A stretch of 64,000 nucleotides of DNA from Obrimoposthia wandeli (GCA_977020255.1 CDROCS010005369.1:1-64000), one strand, 5' to 3'; positions 54,176-64,000 are shown, numbered from the stretch's first letter. A program made the numbers and translations. Notes: generated from the sequence alone by a model not told the origin.

Positions 54176-56206
54176 ATGTCGAAACCTTATCCCCTTGGTG
54201 CAAACTTGCAGCCTGCGAACAGCTTAAAACCACAAGGCTGTAACTTTGCGATATATGCACCGGATTGCGCCAATTTGCAGCTAGTCTTATTTAATGGCAA
54301 GACCCAATGCAGTTACACCATCGACAACAAATATGCCGATGTGCATCATATTTTCATTGCCGGCATTAGCGCGGGACAAGAATATGGCTTTTCAAGCAAT
54401 ATAGATGGTCAAGATTGGCTGTTACTCGACCCTTACGCAAAAGCCGTCAGCCAAGCACCTTATTATGAACCGCCTTACAGTGCCGAAAAAAGTTGGCATC
54501 TAGCCAAAGCGCTCGTCACCGATAATGCCTTTGATTGGCAAGATGTACCCCAGCCTGATGTACCGCTGGCTGAAACAATTTTATTAGAAACCCATGCCAA
54601 AGGCTTTAGCAAATTAAATCCGGCGATCACTTCAGCTGCTCCAGGTAGCTATCAAGCATTATCAGATCCTGCGAACATCACCCTATTAAAACAACAAGGT
54701 ATTACCAGCGTACAGCTCCTACCAGTTGCAGTGTGCATGCACGAACCGCACTTATTAAATCAACAAGGGGTGAATTTTTGGGGTTACAGTACCCTTGCGT
54801 TCATGGCACCCGATCCGCGTTATGCGACGGTTGATGCGGTCACCGAATTAAAAACCGCAATCAGAGAATTACATAAAAACGGCATCGAAGTTATTTTGGA
54901 TGTGGTCTTTAACCATACCGCAGAAGGTGGCCAAGATGGACCGACCTTCAATTTAAAAGCACTCGACCATCGTTATTACTTACGTGATGAAAACGGTCTA
55001 CGTAACTACACTGGTTGCGGCAATAGCTTGGACTTAACCCATCAAGCCAGTCTTAATTTAGTCATGGACAGCTTGCGCTATTGGGTAAGTGAATATCATA
55101 TTGACGGTTTCCGCTTTGATTTAGCTGCTACATTGGGCCGTAATGGCGATCGCTTCAATCAACAAGCACCGTTCTTCCACGCTGTTGCGCAAGATCCGAT
55201 TTTACAACCGACCAAACTTATCGCTGAACCTTGGGATATTGGCCCTGATGGTTATCAGTTGGGTTATTTCCCTGATGGTTGGAACGAATGTAACGATAAA
55301 TTCCGCGATACTGTGCGCAGCTTTTGGCGTGGCGATCACGGGTACTTAAAAGATTTTGCCACCCGTATCATGGGCTCTCGTCACTTCTTTAGTGGTGGAC
55401 GCTGGCCACACAAACTACCCGTTAATTACATCGCTTATCATGATGGTTTTACCCTGCAAGACTTAGTGTCTTACAACGATAAACACAACGGTGCCAATGG
55501 TGAAAATAATCGCGACGGTCATGGCGATAACCGCTCGTACAATTGCGGCGTTGAAGGTGTTACCGATAATGTCGAGATTATCGCCTTTCGTGAAAAGCAA
55601 AAACGTAATTTGATCACGACTCTGCTGTTTAGTTTTGGTATTCCACATCTTTTGGCTGCCGATACCGTGTCTCATACTCAAGGCGGTAACAACAACGCCT
55701 ACTGTCAGGATAATGAGATAAGTTGGTTAAATTGGCAAATGGACGACACTAAACAAGAATTTCAAGACTGGTTAAGCAAGATGATCGCAGCGCGTAAACA
55801 ATACATGCTGCCGTTCATTGCCGCGTTTACTGGTGATGGTCGTAATGATCACCGTATCAGTTGGTACTGCAGTAATGGCGAAGTGATGCAACAACATGAC
55901 TGGGAGAATCAAAGTTGTTTAGGTCTACACCTCGGGCTTGATACCAATGGCGATGAGTTATTGTTGTTATTCAACCAAATTGATACCCCTGTCGACTTTA
56001 AACTGCCGGAAGTACCGCCAATTTGGCACCGTGTTTGTGATACCAGTTCAATGCACCTGGCACCCTTGAATGTAAACGCTCACTATCAACTAGCTGCTCG
56101 TTCAATGGTTATCTTACAGCGCAGTGGTACTTGTGTTACTGCCAGTGCGACTACCTGTGCTATTACTAACGGTCTTATTACGACGAGTACTGTCGATACT
56201 GTCTAA
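54176..56206 (+). CDS. glgX: Glycogen debranching enzyme GlgX (GH13_11)
   Basis: PYPLGA, NFWGYSTLAF, DVVFNHTAEG, DGFRFDLA, IAEPWD, HDGFTLQDLVSYNDKHN. Confidence 0.93.
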   Translation: MSKPYPLGANLQPANSLKPQGCNFAIYAPDCANLQLVLFNGKTQCSYTIDNKYADVHHIFIAGISAGQEYGFSSNIDGQDWLLLDPYAKAVSQAPYYEPPYSAEKSWHLAKALVTDNAFDWQDVPQPDVPLAETILLETHAKGFSKLNPAITSAAPGSYQALSDPANITLLKQQGITSVQLLPVAVCMHEPHLLNQQGVNFWGYSTLAFMAPDPRYATVDAVTELKTAIRELHKNGIEVILDVVFNHTAEGGQDGPTFNLKALDHRYYLRDENGLRNYTGCGNSLDLTHQASLNLVMDSLRYWVSEYHIDGFRFDLAATLGRNGDRFNQQAPFFHAVAQDPILQPTKLIAEPWDIGPDGYQLGYFPDGWNECNDKFRDTVRSFWRGDHGYLKDFATRIMGSRHFFSGGRWPHKLPVNYIAYHDGFTLQDLVSYNDKHNGANGENNRDGHGDNRSYNCGVEGVTDNVEIIAFREKQKRNLITTLLFSFGIPHLLAADTVSHTQGGNNNAYCQDNEISWLNWQMDDTKQEFQDWLSKMIAARKQYMLPFIAAFTGDGRNDHRISWYCSNGEVMQQHDWENQSCLGLHLGLDTNGDELLLLFNQIDTPVDFKLPEVPPIWHRVCDTSSMHLAPLNVNAHYQLAARSMVILQRSGTCVTASATTCAITNGLITTSTVDTV

Positions 56207-57298
56207 AGCACTGACGCGTTTAATTTCTTGGGGGCTGAAATAAGCCTCTCGTAATTGCGCGATTTCAAGCTGTTGTTGCTCACTATCGCTGTTGTCATCA
56301 ATCGCGTTATGGGTAATAACAGTCAACTCTTTTCGATATTCAGTTAACTTTACTTGCCACTGCTGACGCTTCTCATCTAATACAGCTAAACGGTCTGCCA
56401 CTTCGGGTGAAAATGATTGTTGGGTAAAATCTTGTAGTTCAGCCTGACTCGCCCCTTGTGCTTGTAAGGCCTGATACTGCTGACGATATTGATTGAGTTG
56501 ATTAGCATTGTGCTGTTGCGTCAATAACCAAGCTGGCGCAGTGCTATCTAACGCCGCTTTCGCAGCCTGTTTTTCAGCGCTATTGAATGACACATTTTTA
56601 TTAATCGTAGCCAAACTTAACATGTAAGCTTCGTACTCATCAGCTTGACCAAAAAAAGCGACAATAACATCATCATCTAAATAGCTAGCGCGCGCATCAA
56701 GAACCATCTCACGCACTTGAATGACATTGTCTAACGCATATTCACCGCTATTTTCGCCATCAATACTCTGCTCAAATTGCTGTTTGATCGCAGTCACTTC
56801 ATTTAAATATTGTAGATAACCCGAAAGTATATCCATACCTTGGGTCAACGCTGGTTCAGTAAGTTGTAATTTGAGGCTATGTTGAATACGAGTAACGATA
56901 ATATCTAAACTTTCCTCGCCCATGGCAGAGAGATAAAAATCAAATAGATGCTGAATTTTTTTGTTAATAACCAATTCACCAAACTCATTCACATCCAGTG
57001 TCAATGGCAACGGCGAACCTAATAATGAGCTAGGCAATAACAACGGCACAGCTTGTTGTTCAATATTTTCAGCAAGCACGTTATCACCCCGATTAACCAA
57101 GGCATTGATGGCTTCAGGCGCTAATGGGTAACTCGCCTGCTGCGTTGCTATTTTTAGTAAAACTGGCGGCGTAGATTTTGCTGCAATACTATGCGCATCC
57201 TCTTGCAAATAGCCTTGCGAAAAAAAGAGCGTGCCCCCAACAAGCGCAATAACCGACGATAATCCAACGACAATAAGCGGACTTGATTTCAATGACAT
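56114..57298 (-). CDS. Lipase-specific foldase (lipase chaperone)
   Basis: N-terminal TM; PSSLLGSP..G.L.INKKIQHLFDFYLSAMGE motif; directly downstream of the lipase. Confidence 0.88.
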   Translation of the reverse strand: MSLKSSPLIVVGLSSVIALVGGTLFFSQGYLQEDAHSIAAKSTPPVLLKIATQQASYPLAPEAINALVNRGDNVLAENIEQQAVPLLLPSSLLGSPLPLTLDVNEFGELVINKKIQHLFDFYLSAMGEESLDIIVTRIQHSLKLQLTEPALTQGMDILSGYLQYLNEVTAIKQQFEQSIDGENSGEYALDNVIQVREMVLDARASYLDDDVIVAFFGQADEYEAYMLSLATINKNVSFNSAEKQAAKAALDSTAPAWLLTQQHNANQLNQYRQQYQALQAQGASQAELQDFTQQSFSPEVADRLAVLDEKRQQWQVKLTEYRKELTVITHNAIDDNSDSEQQQLEIAQLREAYFSPQEIKRVSALDSIDSTRRNKTVSNSTGSRTGSNTSTTAL

Positions 57299-57370
57299 GG
57301 CCAGACTCCATCTAACGCGGTTGTGTAGATAGCTAATCATGATGAATAGCTATCTACTTTAAATAACTAA

Positions 57371-58360
57371 TTACAGTCCGGCGCTCGTTAACCGCTTCGC
57401 ATGTGCGGCATATAAAGGTAATGGGCTAGTACTGCCTAAGCCACGTAAACCAAACATACCATTAATTTCATCCGCGTGATTCATGGTGTAATCATCACGG
57501 ATCACTTTACCTAAATGCGTTGAACAACGACCCACAACACCATCATTCGCTTCATTTATCGTCAGGTAAGTCACCGCCAGTAAACCATCGGCAAGATCCA
57601 GGACATTAGAGTTGAACACGGGGTTATAGGTACCGCCCCATGAGTAATAAGCGACGTCATTCACTTTATGATCGCCGTCATTGACTGAATAATCATAAAC
57701 CCAATTTGGCCACCACCACGAACCTGCGTTATAACTCGGCGTTGCTTTACATTCACCTTGTCTTAAACCTTCAGGATATTTGCCATTGAAAATAGCCGCA
57801 TCTTTAGAGTTCAAAGCTTCCAGCGAACCCATCGCATTTACTGCGTTATCATTATTACCAGTAGCAACCGCGAGTAAACTCGCAACCGCATTACCAATCG
57901 CCATTGCCGGGCCTTCTAATGGTGAATCTTTAATGACATCGGCAGTACCAGAACCTCGATGCGGAGAACCTACTGACGTAACTGACGCGATCAACTCAGG
58001 TCGAACCGAGGCCACGTAGCGTGAATCAATCCCGCCTTGAGAGTGACCAATTAAATTAAACTTCTCAGCCCCCGTCACCGCACTCAGCTGTTCTAAATAG
58101 CTCAGCAACTGCTCGCCACGGACTTCACTGGTATCATAACCACTGACTTGTGGTGTATATACATCTGTCGCGCCAACATCGGCTAACGCACCTTTTACAC
58201 CATAAAAATAATCTGCTAACACACTATCAAACCCAGCTAAGCCATGAACTAATACCACCGGATATTTAGTTTTTCCCGAAGTATCTGCATGCACAGGTGC
58301 CACGATGAAACACAAGGTTCCAACCAAGACAGAGAGTAAAGTCCGCGTTTTCTTTAACAT
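57371..58360 (-). CDS. Triacylglycerol lipase, family I.1/I.2 type
   Basis: TKYPVVLVHG, GHSQG nucleophile, NDGVVGRCS, MNHADEING. Confidence 0.93.
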   Translation of the reverse strand: MLKKTRTLLSVLVGTLCFIVAPVHADTSGKTKYPVVLVHGLAGFDSVLADYFYGVKGALADVGATDVYTPQVSGYDTSEVRGEQLLSYLEQLSAVTGAEKFNLIGHSQGGIDSRYVASVRPELIASVTSVGSPHRGSGTADVIKDSPLEGPAMAIGNAVASLLAVATGNNDNAVNAMGSLEALNSKDAAIFNGKYPEGLRQGECKATPSYNAGSWWWPNWVYDYSVNDGDHKVNDVAYYSWGGTYNPVFNSNVLDLADGLLAVTYLTINEANDGVVGRCSTHLGKVIRDDYTMNHADEINGMFGLRGLGSTSPLPLYAAHAKRLTSAGL

Positions 58361-58880
58361 AGCTAATCCTTTATTTTTGAGTTATCGAAAAATGCGCACC
58401 CGTTAGTGACTACCTGTCCCGTTTGAGTGCAGGAAAAGTTATAACGTAAAAAAACAACAGGTACAACCAGACGAATCAGACTAGTGCCATTGATTAAATT
58501 AAGGTGAGTAAAAGGTTTTTTTAACTGGATTTATATAATTTAGCGGTGTAATGATAAATAATGGTGATAAATAATAAACATAAATCGCTGATAAGCAATT
58601 AGCCACTTCGCGCTAGGATATCACCTTAGTATTTTTAACCATGATTATAAGTGTTTGTTGATTAATAATATTCTTGTGAAATACTGCTTTAAAATTAAAT
58701 TCAATTTTTTATAAACGTTTTTATACTTATCAGACCTAGATCATACTTAGGCATGAGAAAATTTATCAGTAGATACAAAAAAACCAGCAATCTGATTGCT
58801 GGTTTAAAATGATAAGCCACTTTAACGGGTGATAACACTCGTTAAAGTGGTCTGATTAATCATAATCATTTAATCGAATA

Positions 58881-59150
58881 TCAATGTTTATTGATATCAT
58901 CCCACATGCCGAGTACCAGCGCTTGTTTCTGAGGGGTGAGCTCATTAGCAACAAGTGCGTCTCGTAAGCTGTGCACGACTTGAAATTTAATGTCGTGGGG
59001 ATAAATTTTACCTATATTTTCGCACTTCGCCGTAGCAAAAGTGACGTGGCCGTGTAAATATTCGGCCGCAAATAGTTGATCCGACGTTCCTTGTTCTACA
59101 AATCCATCAAGCTTTTCCATTAGCTTGCTTTGATAAGTAGGTTTAGACAA
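58881..59150 (-). CDS. yfcL: YfcL family protein
   Basis: DQLFAAEYLHGH, ELTPQKQALVLGMW. Confidence 0.8.
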   Translation of the reverse strand: MSKPTYQSKLMEKLDGFVEQGTSDQLFAAEYLHGHVTFATAKCENIGKIYPHDIKFQVVHSLRDALVANELTPQKQALVLGMWDDINKH

Positions 59151-59153
59151 TGA

Positions 59154-60287
59154 TTAATCCTCAAATTCTGGGTTGGCGACACGATACATGATGTAATCAC
59201 GATAACCTGTGGTTACACGAATAAAACCTGCTAATGCTTGGTCTAATTCAACATCCCCCGTGTCTACGATTAAGGGACGTCCTGCTAATGCCGACAACTT
59301 CGTTTTGGTTGCCAACACAATTATATTTTCTTTGCCGATTTGTTTAATCAACTGCGGCGACAGTTGTTGATTGCCACGACCAAAAATGTGCCCCTGGCCA
59401 CCGATTAAGGTGATCACTAATTTACAGGGCTTACCTTCTGTCAACGCGATTAACTGCGCTGCCGTTTGGTCTGCAGCAATCAATGCATGCTGATGCACAA
59501 CATCAACACCTAATAAGGTATTATCCAGTCCCAGTTCAGCCATGGTGAATGCCACCGTTGACCCAGAGCCCATAATGTAATACTCATCTTCCATATCTGC
59601 CATGACATCGGCAGCTATGTCGGTAAGCACTAATTCATCTGATTCAATCCCGCCCATTTTTACGCTTTGTACATAGCGTAAATCGCTCGGTACCATCATT
59701 TCGCCATAGCGCTTGGCTTTTACAGTGCCTTGACGAAATGCAACTTCATCAATATCCATCACGTCGGCATCAGCCAAGGTAACCAGTTCGCCTAAAATTA
59801 ATCGACGTACGACACAACCGGCTGCTTTTGGTGTAACACCATAAACGCCGGAATGGATCTTGCAGCCTGCTGGCACACCTAATACCGGTACGACATCGTT
59901 GATCGTCGCACAAATATTACGTGCAGTGCCATCACCACCAGCAAACAATAACAAATCTATATCTTGCGCTAATAATGCTTCAACCGCAGCATAAGTATCT
60001 TGCTCTGTGGTCATGTCATTGACTGGTCGATAAGCCACTGTCACATTAAGGCCGAGTTCTAAACTACAGCGCTCACCCATTTCACCACCCGCGGTCACCA
60101 CAGTAAAACGCGGTGCGAGATCAGAAAACTGACCTAACGCTTGTAACATGCGATTATTGGCTTGCGGTATAGCACCTAAACTCAGTGCTTGCTGGGCAAC
60201 ATTATCACTGCCTTTTAACGCGACACTGCCACCAACACCTGCAACTGGATTAACAATAACGCCCAGTTTAAACGGCTTCACGTTCAT
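59154..60287 (-). CDS. ATP-NAD kinase family protein
   Basis: VNPVAGVGG, FAGGDGTAR, PAGCKIHSGVYG, GRGNQQLSP. Confidence 0.88.
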   Translation of the reverse strand: MNVKPFKLGVIVNPVAGVGGSVALKGSDNVAQQALSLGAIPQANNRMLQALGQFSDLAPRFTVVTAGGEMGERCSLELGLNVTVAYRPVNDMTTEQDTYAAVEALLAQDIDLLLFAGGDGTARNICATINDVVPVLGVPAGCKIHSGVYGVTPKAAGCVVRRLILGELVTLADADVMDIDEVAFRQGTVKAKRYGEMMVPSDLRYVQSVKMGGIESDELVLTDIAADVMADMEDEYYIMGSGSTVAFTMAELGLDNTLLGVDVVHQHALIAADQTAAQLIALTEGKPCKLVITLIGGQGHIFGRGNQQLSPQLIKQIGKENIIVLATKTKLSALAGRPLIVDTGDVELDQALAGFIRVTTGYRDYIMYRVANPEFED

Positions 60288-60885
60288 ACATACCTCGATA
60301 ATCAAAATCTGCCAATACCAACGGTTTTGTATTGTAAAATGCTTGTAGTGCTGTCACTAACGCTTGCGTTCTCGCTGATAAACCGTTTTCTAAATATAAG
60401 CGTACTTGATCGTGGATCTTGTGTTGAAAAGCCAATCGGTCAATGACAATATCAGCCAAATTGTCGGCACTGACGCGAAATTGAAATCCCGCGGCAACAC
60501 AAATAATCCATTCAATCGCCTGCGGCACAATCTCGACTTTTTCAAACTCAGCTTGCTGCTGCGCATTACGCCCGTCAGCAATATACCAATAACCAAAATC
60601 TACCAATTGATGACGCGCTAATCCCGCGACTAACCAATGTGAAATTTCATGCAGACCACTGGCAAAAAAACCGTGGGCAAAAATAATACGGTGATGCTCA
60701 CAACTAACATATTGTTCAAAGTCAGTATGCGCCGGCATATAAATCGGCTCATCATCGCCTTTGACTAATTGGGTAATAAATTCGCTTGCAAATGTGTGGT
60801 TAAAAACAGCTATCAAATCTTGATATTGGTGTTGCTGCTCATCGCTTACATCATTTGTTAATAAGTCTTTTAAATCGTCTTGCAT
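60268..60885 (-). CDS. epmC: Elongation factor P hydroxylase EpmC (YfcM)
   Basis: GDDEPIYMPA, FAHGFFASGLHEISHW, DFGYWY..DGR, FEKVEIVPQAIEW. Confidence 0.9.
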   Translation of the reverse strand: MQDDLKDLLTNDVSDEQQHQYQDLIAVFNHTFASEFITQLVKGDDEPIYMPAHTDFEQYVSCEHHRIIFAHGFFASGLHEISHWLVAGLARHQLVDFGYWYIADGRNAQQQAEFEKVEIVPQAIEWIICVAAGFQFRVSADNLADIVIDRLAFQHKIHDQVRLYLENGLSARTQALVTALQAFYNTKPLVLADFDYRGMYEREAV

Positions 60886-61021
60886 ACTGCGCCTAGCTAA
60901 TCTTTGAATTACTGAGCACTATTTAATGAGCAGGATTATACCCCTATGGTGGTGGTATGTCCGCTACTATATCGAACTCAAATCGGTAATTTTCGCTAGT
61001 AGAATACTCCTTTACGCGATA

Positions 61022-61978
61022 TTAATCTAATACTGTCGCCGAACTTAATGCCACAGTACCTACGCGCCCAGCAGTACCCCAACTGGCTTCAGCTGTGAGC
61101 AACAACTGGTTATCGCCTTGCCAGAGAATACTTTCCCATTGTCCGTGAGGAGCAAGATTAAAGCGTTTTGCCATATCCCAATTCAAGTCTTTGTTGTTAA
61201 TAGGCACAATCCAAATAAAAGGATGTTTGTAAAATAAGCTACTATCATAACCAAGCAATACCAATTGCTTGGTATCAGCATTATAATCTGCCGCCGTGAT
61301 CAAACCATCGACATCCAATGTTTGCGCGGGGATCACTTCAATAATACTGTCATTTTCTGCACTGTTACTAATTTCGACTAAGTCCATTCGATACAAGCGA
61401 CTGTTTAAATCATTCCAGTTTTTACTTAATACCCATAACTCTTGCTCAACCACCGCGGCGGCTTCACAATCATAATCATGCATATAACGGGTTAACTCTT
61501 CTTCAGGTTTATCCACCATTGAAAAACGCGCGGTATTAACCGCAGCAATGGTCTCGCCATCCTCAGCTTGTATTAACGTGTCAGTATCAACATTGATAAT
61601 CGTGCGGCTGTCACGGGTACCATGATTATTACCGCAGTCCATGATGAACAGGTTACCAGCGTCTTGCGCTAACGATTCCCAGTCCTGACTGATCACATCG
61701 TCAATGTGTATCTGTTTAATAACTTGACCCGTTTTTTCATCTATTTGATATAGATTGGCATCGTCACCGCTATCATTGACAGTCCAGGTTTGACCACCAA
61801 ACTGAGCTAACCCAGAGGTTTCTTTTATTTTGTCTTGCAATAGTGTTTGGATCTTAATATCAAGCACAGGGTAGTTTTGCAATGGCCTTGACCAATAAAA
61901 ATGACCGATGACAGCAAGAACGCCTATCATCAATAAACCCCATATGATTTTTTTAACTACCCATTGAAATATTGCCAT
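61022..61978 (-). CDS. Hypothetical exported protein, probable beta-propeller
   Basis: N-terminal TM; ETSGL, WTVNDSG, DWESLA, DCGNNHGTR, YDCEA motifs. Confidence 0.6.
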   Translation of the reverse strand: MAIFQWVVKKIIWGLLMIGVLAVIGHFYWSRPLQNYPVLDIKIQTLLQDKIKETSGLAQFGGQTWTVNDSGDDANLYQIDEKTGQVIKQIHIDDVISQDWESLAQDAGNLFIMDCGNNHGTRDSRTIINVDTDTLIQAEDGETIAAVNTARFSMVDKPEEELTRYMHDYDCEAAAVVEQELWVLSKNWNDLNSRLYRMDLVEISNSAENDSIIEVIPAQTLDVDGLITAADYNADTKQLVLLGYDSSLFYKHPFIWIVPINNKDLNWDMAKRFNLAPHGQWESILWQGDNQLLLTAEASWGTAGRVGTVALSSATVLD

Positions 61979-62249
61979 TACCGCCCTCTACAATTTTATA
62001 ATTTAATACTATCGCCATCATTCAATTCATACTCTGTCAGAATTATAAATAATTGGCCAATTATCAAAATCAACCAAAGTATAAAATAACACTCTAAAGA
62101 TATATTATTGATAATAAAACTTAATGTTACCAATTTAACCTTTTCCTCATACTTAAAAACACTACAATTCATTTATGCCTTTAAATTGAAATATTTTAAG
62201 CGTACACTTGTAAGCCTAACTGGTAAGACAACTTAACAGAGGATCCTAT

Positions 62250-62945
62250 ATGTCACATAGCTCGACACCAATAATGGCGAATGTAACGTCAACGACAGTC
62301 ACTGCGCCTTATAGTGTAAAAGAAGAAGCGGCAAATACTTGGTCGCATGTGATTGGTGCCTTACTGAGTATTGCTGCGCTTATCGCATTATTAGTACCCT
62401 CGATACAACAAGCAGATCCTTGGCGCATTACCAGCTTTAGTATTTATGGTATTTCGATGTTTTTATTATTTTTTGCATCAAGTGCTTATCATTATGCAAC
62501 TAACCCAGCGACAAAAGCTAAATTAAAGACACTCGATCATTGTGCTATTTTTTTATTGATCGCTGGGACTTACACCCCATTACTGCTGATTGAATTACGT
62601 GGTGTACTAGGCTGGAGTATTTTCGGTATAGTTTGGTCCATGGCGCTCATTGGTATTATTGCCAAAGTCTATTGGGCTGAACGTTTTAAAAAAATATCGC
62701 TATTTTTCTACCTTATTATGGGTTGGTTAATCGTCTTTTCAGGTGATGAGTTACTTGGTAAATTAGCCACCGGCGCACTGTATTGGTTGATTACCGGCGG
62801 ACTTGCTTATTCAATTGGCGCCATTTTCTATGCCAATAAACGTATTCCCTATAACCACGCTATTTGGCACATATTCGTGTTACTCGGTAGCGCTTGTCAT
62901 TTCTTATCAATTTATTTTTATGTGTTGCCAGCTAACCACGTTTAA
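62250..62945 (+). CDS. Hemolysin III / PAQR family membrane protein (YqfA/TrhA-like)
   Basis: EEAANTWSH, SSAYH, LDHCAIFLLIAGTYTP, HAIWHIFVLLGSACH. Confidence 0.92.
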   Translation: MSHSSTPIMANVTSTTVTAPYSVKEEAANTWSHVIGALLSIAALIALLVPSIQQADPWRITSFSIYGISMFLLFFASSAYHYATNPATKAKLKTLDHCAIFLLIAGTYTPLLLIELRGVLGWSIFGIVWSMALIGIIAKVYWAERFKKISLFFYLIMGWLIVFSGDELLGKLATGALYWLITGGLAYSIGAIFYANKRIPYNHAIWHIFVLLGSACHFLSIYFYVLPANHV

Positions 62946-63055
62946 TAAGTCATGATTAACTGTCTCACTTAATAAGTGATTACCAATAAGGCATGACTAA
63001 TAAGGTTACTGTAAATAGTGCCTTATTAGTCAAACATTCAGCAAATATTAACGGC

Positions 63056-64000
63056 TTAGCTAACCAGAGTAATAGCAATATCACAACTTGCCATTACCCG
63101 TTTAATTTCTGGAATACACGAACCACAGCCCGTCCCCGCTTTACTGCTGCCACCAACAGCTTCAACCGTATCGGCACCTGCTTTAACGGCTTCAATAATG
63201 GCGTATTCGGTCACTTGGTGACACGCACATATCATCCGACTTGGCGGTGTTTCAGCTTCCCCTTTAAGGGTGGCACGTAAACCCGCCTCAGGCATTAACA
63301 AGGTTAAGCTGGCTAACCAAGAGTCATCATCAACATCGTTAGCGGGTGTCACCATTAAGCTAATATCAAGGTTCTCCTGAAAGCTCATCGCAAAACGATA
63401 CTTCTGCTCGGCGGCATTATCATAATCAACTTGTTTGGTCATATAGCTATTATGCAAAGCTAATTTTAATTGCTGGAAGAACACAGCTGGCTCAGCAACA
63501 CTGGCCAAGTAATATAAAAACCCTTGCTCTAAGCGACGCTCAATCCAGTAATCCACCATAGGTAGTATCTTCGCAACTTGCAGACGACGTTGACTCCAGA
63601 GCGCTGCACGAGATGAATGTGACCATGCACTGACACTCACAGGGGTATATTTGTTTTCCGGTTGTCCTGATAACGGATCGGTATGCGCCGCCACTAAGCT
63701 AGATATCGCCCCCGCACTGGCGTTTTCACGACTCCAGTGAATAGGTAAAAATAACTCTCCAGGGTTTTGACTCACCGTCGCATGTGCACGGACTAATAAC
63801 TTACCTTGCACACTTTCGACCGCGACTAAACTGCCGTCGGCAATGCTACGCTCACTTAGATCTTGTGGGTTAATCGACAGTAAAGGCTCTGGCATATGGC
63901 CATTAAGCTTAGTCGCTAATCCTGTGCGGCTCATGCTGTGCCACTGGTCGCGGTTACGACCGGTATTTAAAATCATCGGGTAATCTTGGCAGACTTCACT
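63056..64000 (-). CDS. Assimilatory nitrate reductase catalytic subunit, 3' part (5' end beyond the window)
   Basis: YPMILNTGRNRDQWHSMSRTG, LFLPIHW, TDPLSGQPENK; C-terminal BFD-like ICACHQV..AGTGCGSCIPE; frame open to 64000. Confidence 0.9.
   Translation of the reverse strand, partial: SEVCQDYPMILNTGRNRDQWHSMSRTGLATKLNGHMPEPLLSINPQDLSERSIADGSLVAVESVQGKLLVRAHATVSQNPGELFLPIHWSRENASAGAISSLVAAHTDPLSGQPENKYTPVSVSAWSHSSRAALWSQRRLQVAKILPMVDYWIERRLEQGFLYYLASVAEPAVFFQQLKLALHNSYMTKQVDYDNAAEQKYRFAMSFQENLDISLMVTPANDVDDDSWLASLTLLMPEAGLRATLKGEAETPPSRMICACHQVTEYAIIEAVKAGADTVEAVGGSSKAGTGCGSCIPEIKRVMASCDIAITLVS

Noticed and set aside
58881-60885. epmC - NAD kinase - yfcL cluster
   Set aside because: Familiar conserved arrangement in marine gammaproteobacteria
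1521-63280. Numerous 60-120 aa ORFs antisense to or overlapping long genes (e.g. 14760-15080, 39017-39388, 39400-39741, 53521-53778)
   Set aside because: Shadow frames of well-supported genes with no motifs or RBS support
1-64000. CRISPR array, rRNA, tRNA, transposase or integrase
   Set aside because: No regularly spaced repeat-spacer pattern, no RNA gene signature and no transposase/integrase ORF seen by eye
63056-64000. Apparently truncated nitrate reductase
   Set aside because: The frame is open to the window edge, so this is a window boundary effect

Overview
About 40% GC (by eye) chromosomal DNA from a marine gammaproteobacterium. Gene content and sequence style suggest Moritella/Psychromonas/Vibrionales, which is an inference. 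The window is dominated by an enlarged, dispersed maltose/alpha-glucan regulon: malT, malEFG-malK, lamB-malM-alpha-amylase, an amylo-alpha-1,6-glucosidase, an oligo-1,6-glucosidase with its own LysR, two secreted GH31 enzymes of the CtsZ/Agd31B-like transglucosylase type, and glgX. Interspersed are LysR modules, DMT/PACE/MFS transporters, three two-component systems, a lipase-foldase pair, epmC-NAD kinase-yfcL and the 3' end of an assimilatory nitrate reductase. The first ~4.1 kb is riddled with indels (GH36 gene, malT, reductase N-terminus) while all later genes are intact, which looks more like low-quality consensus at a contig end than real decay. Best leads: (1) a possible extracellular 'transglucosylate-then-import' alpha-1,6-glucan pathway under MalT control; (2) an unannotated 49-aa secreted Cys/Trp peptide with its own promoter, RBS and terminator; (3) a solitary GNAT integron-type cassette with an attC remnant beside an orphan HTH protein; (4) an (AAC)14 poly-Asn tract in YhjX; (5) a BaeSR-like system with a downstream six-EF-hand secreted protein. 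No rRNA, tRNA, CRISPR array or transposase was seen.
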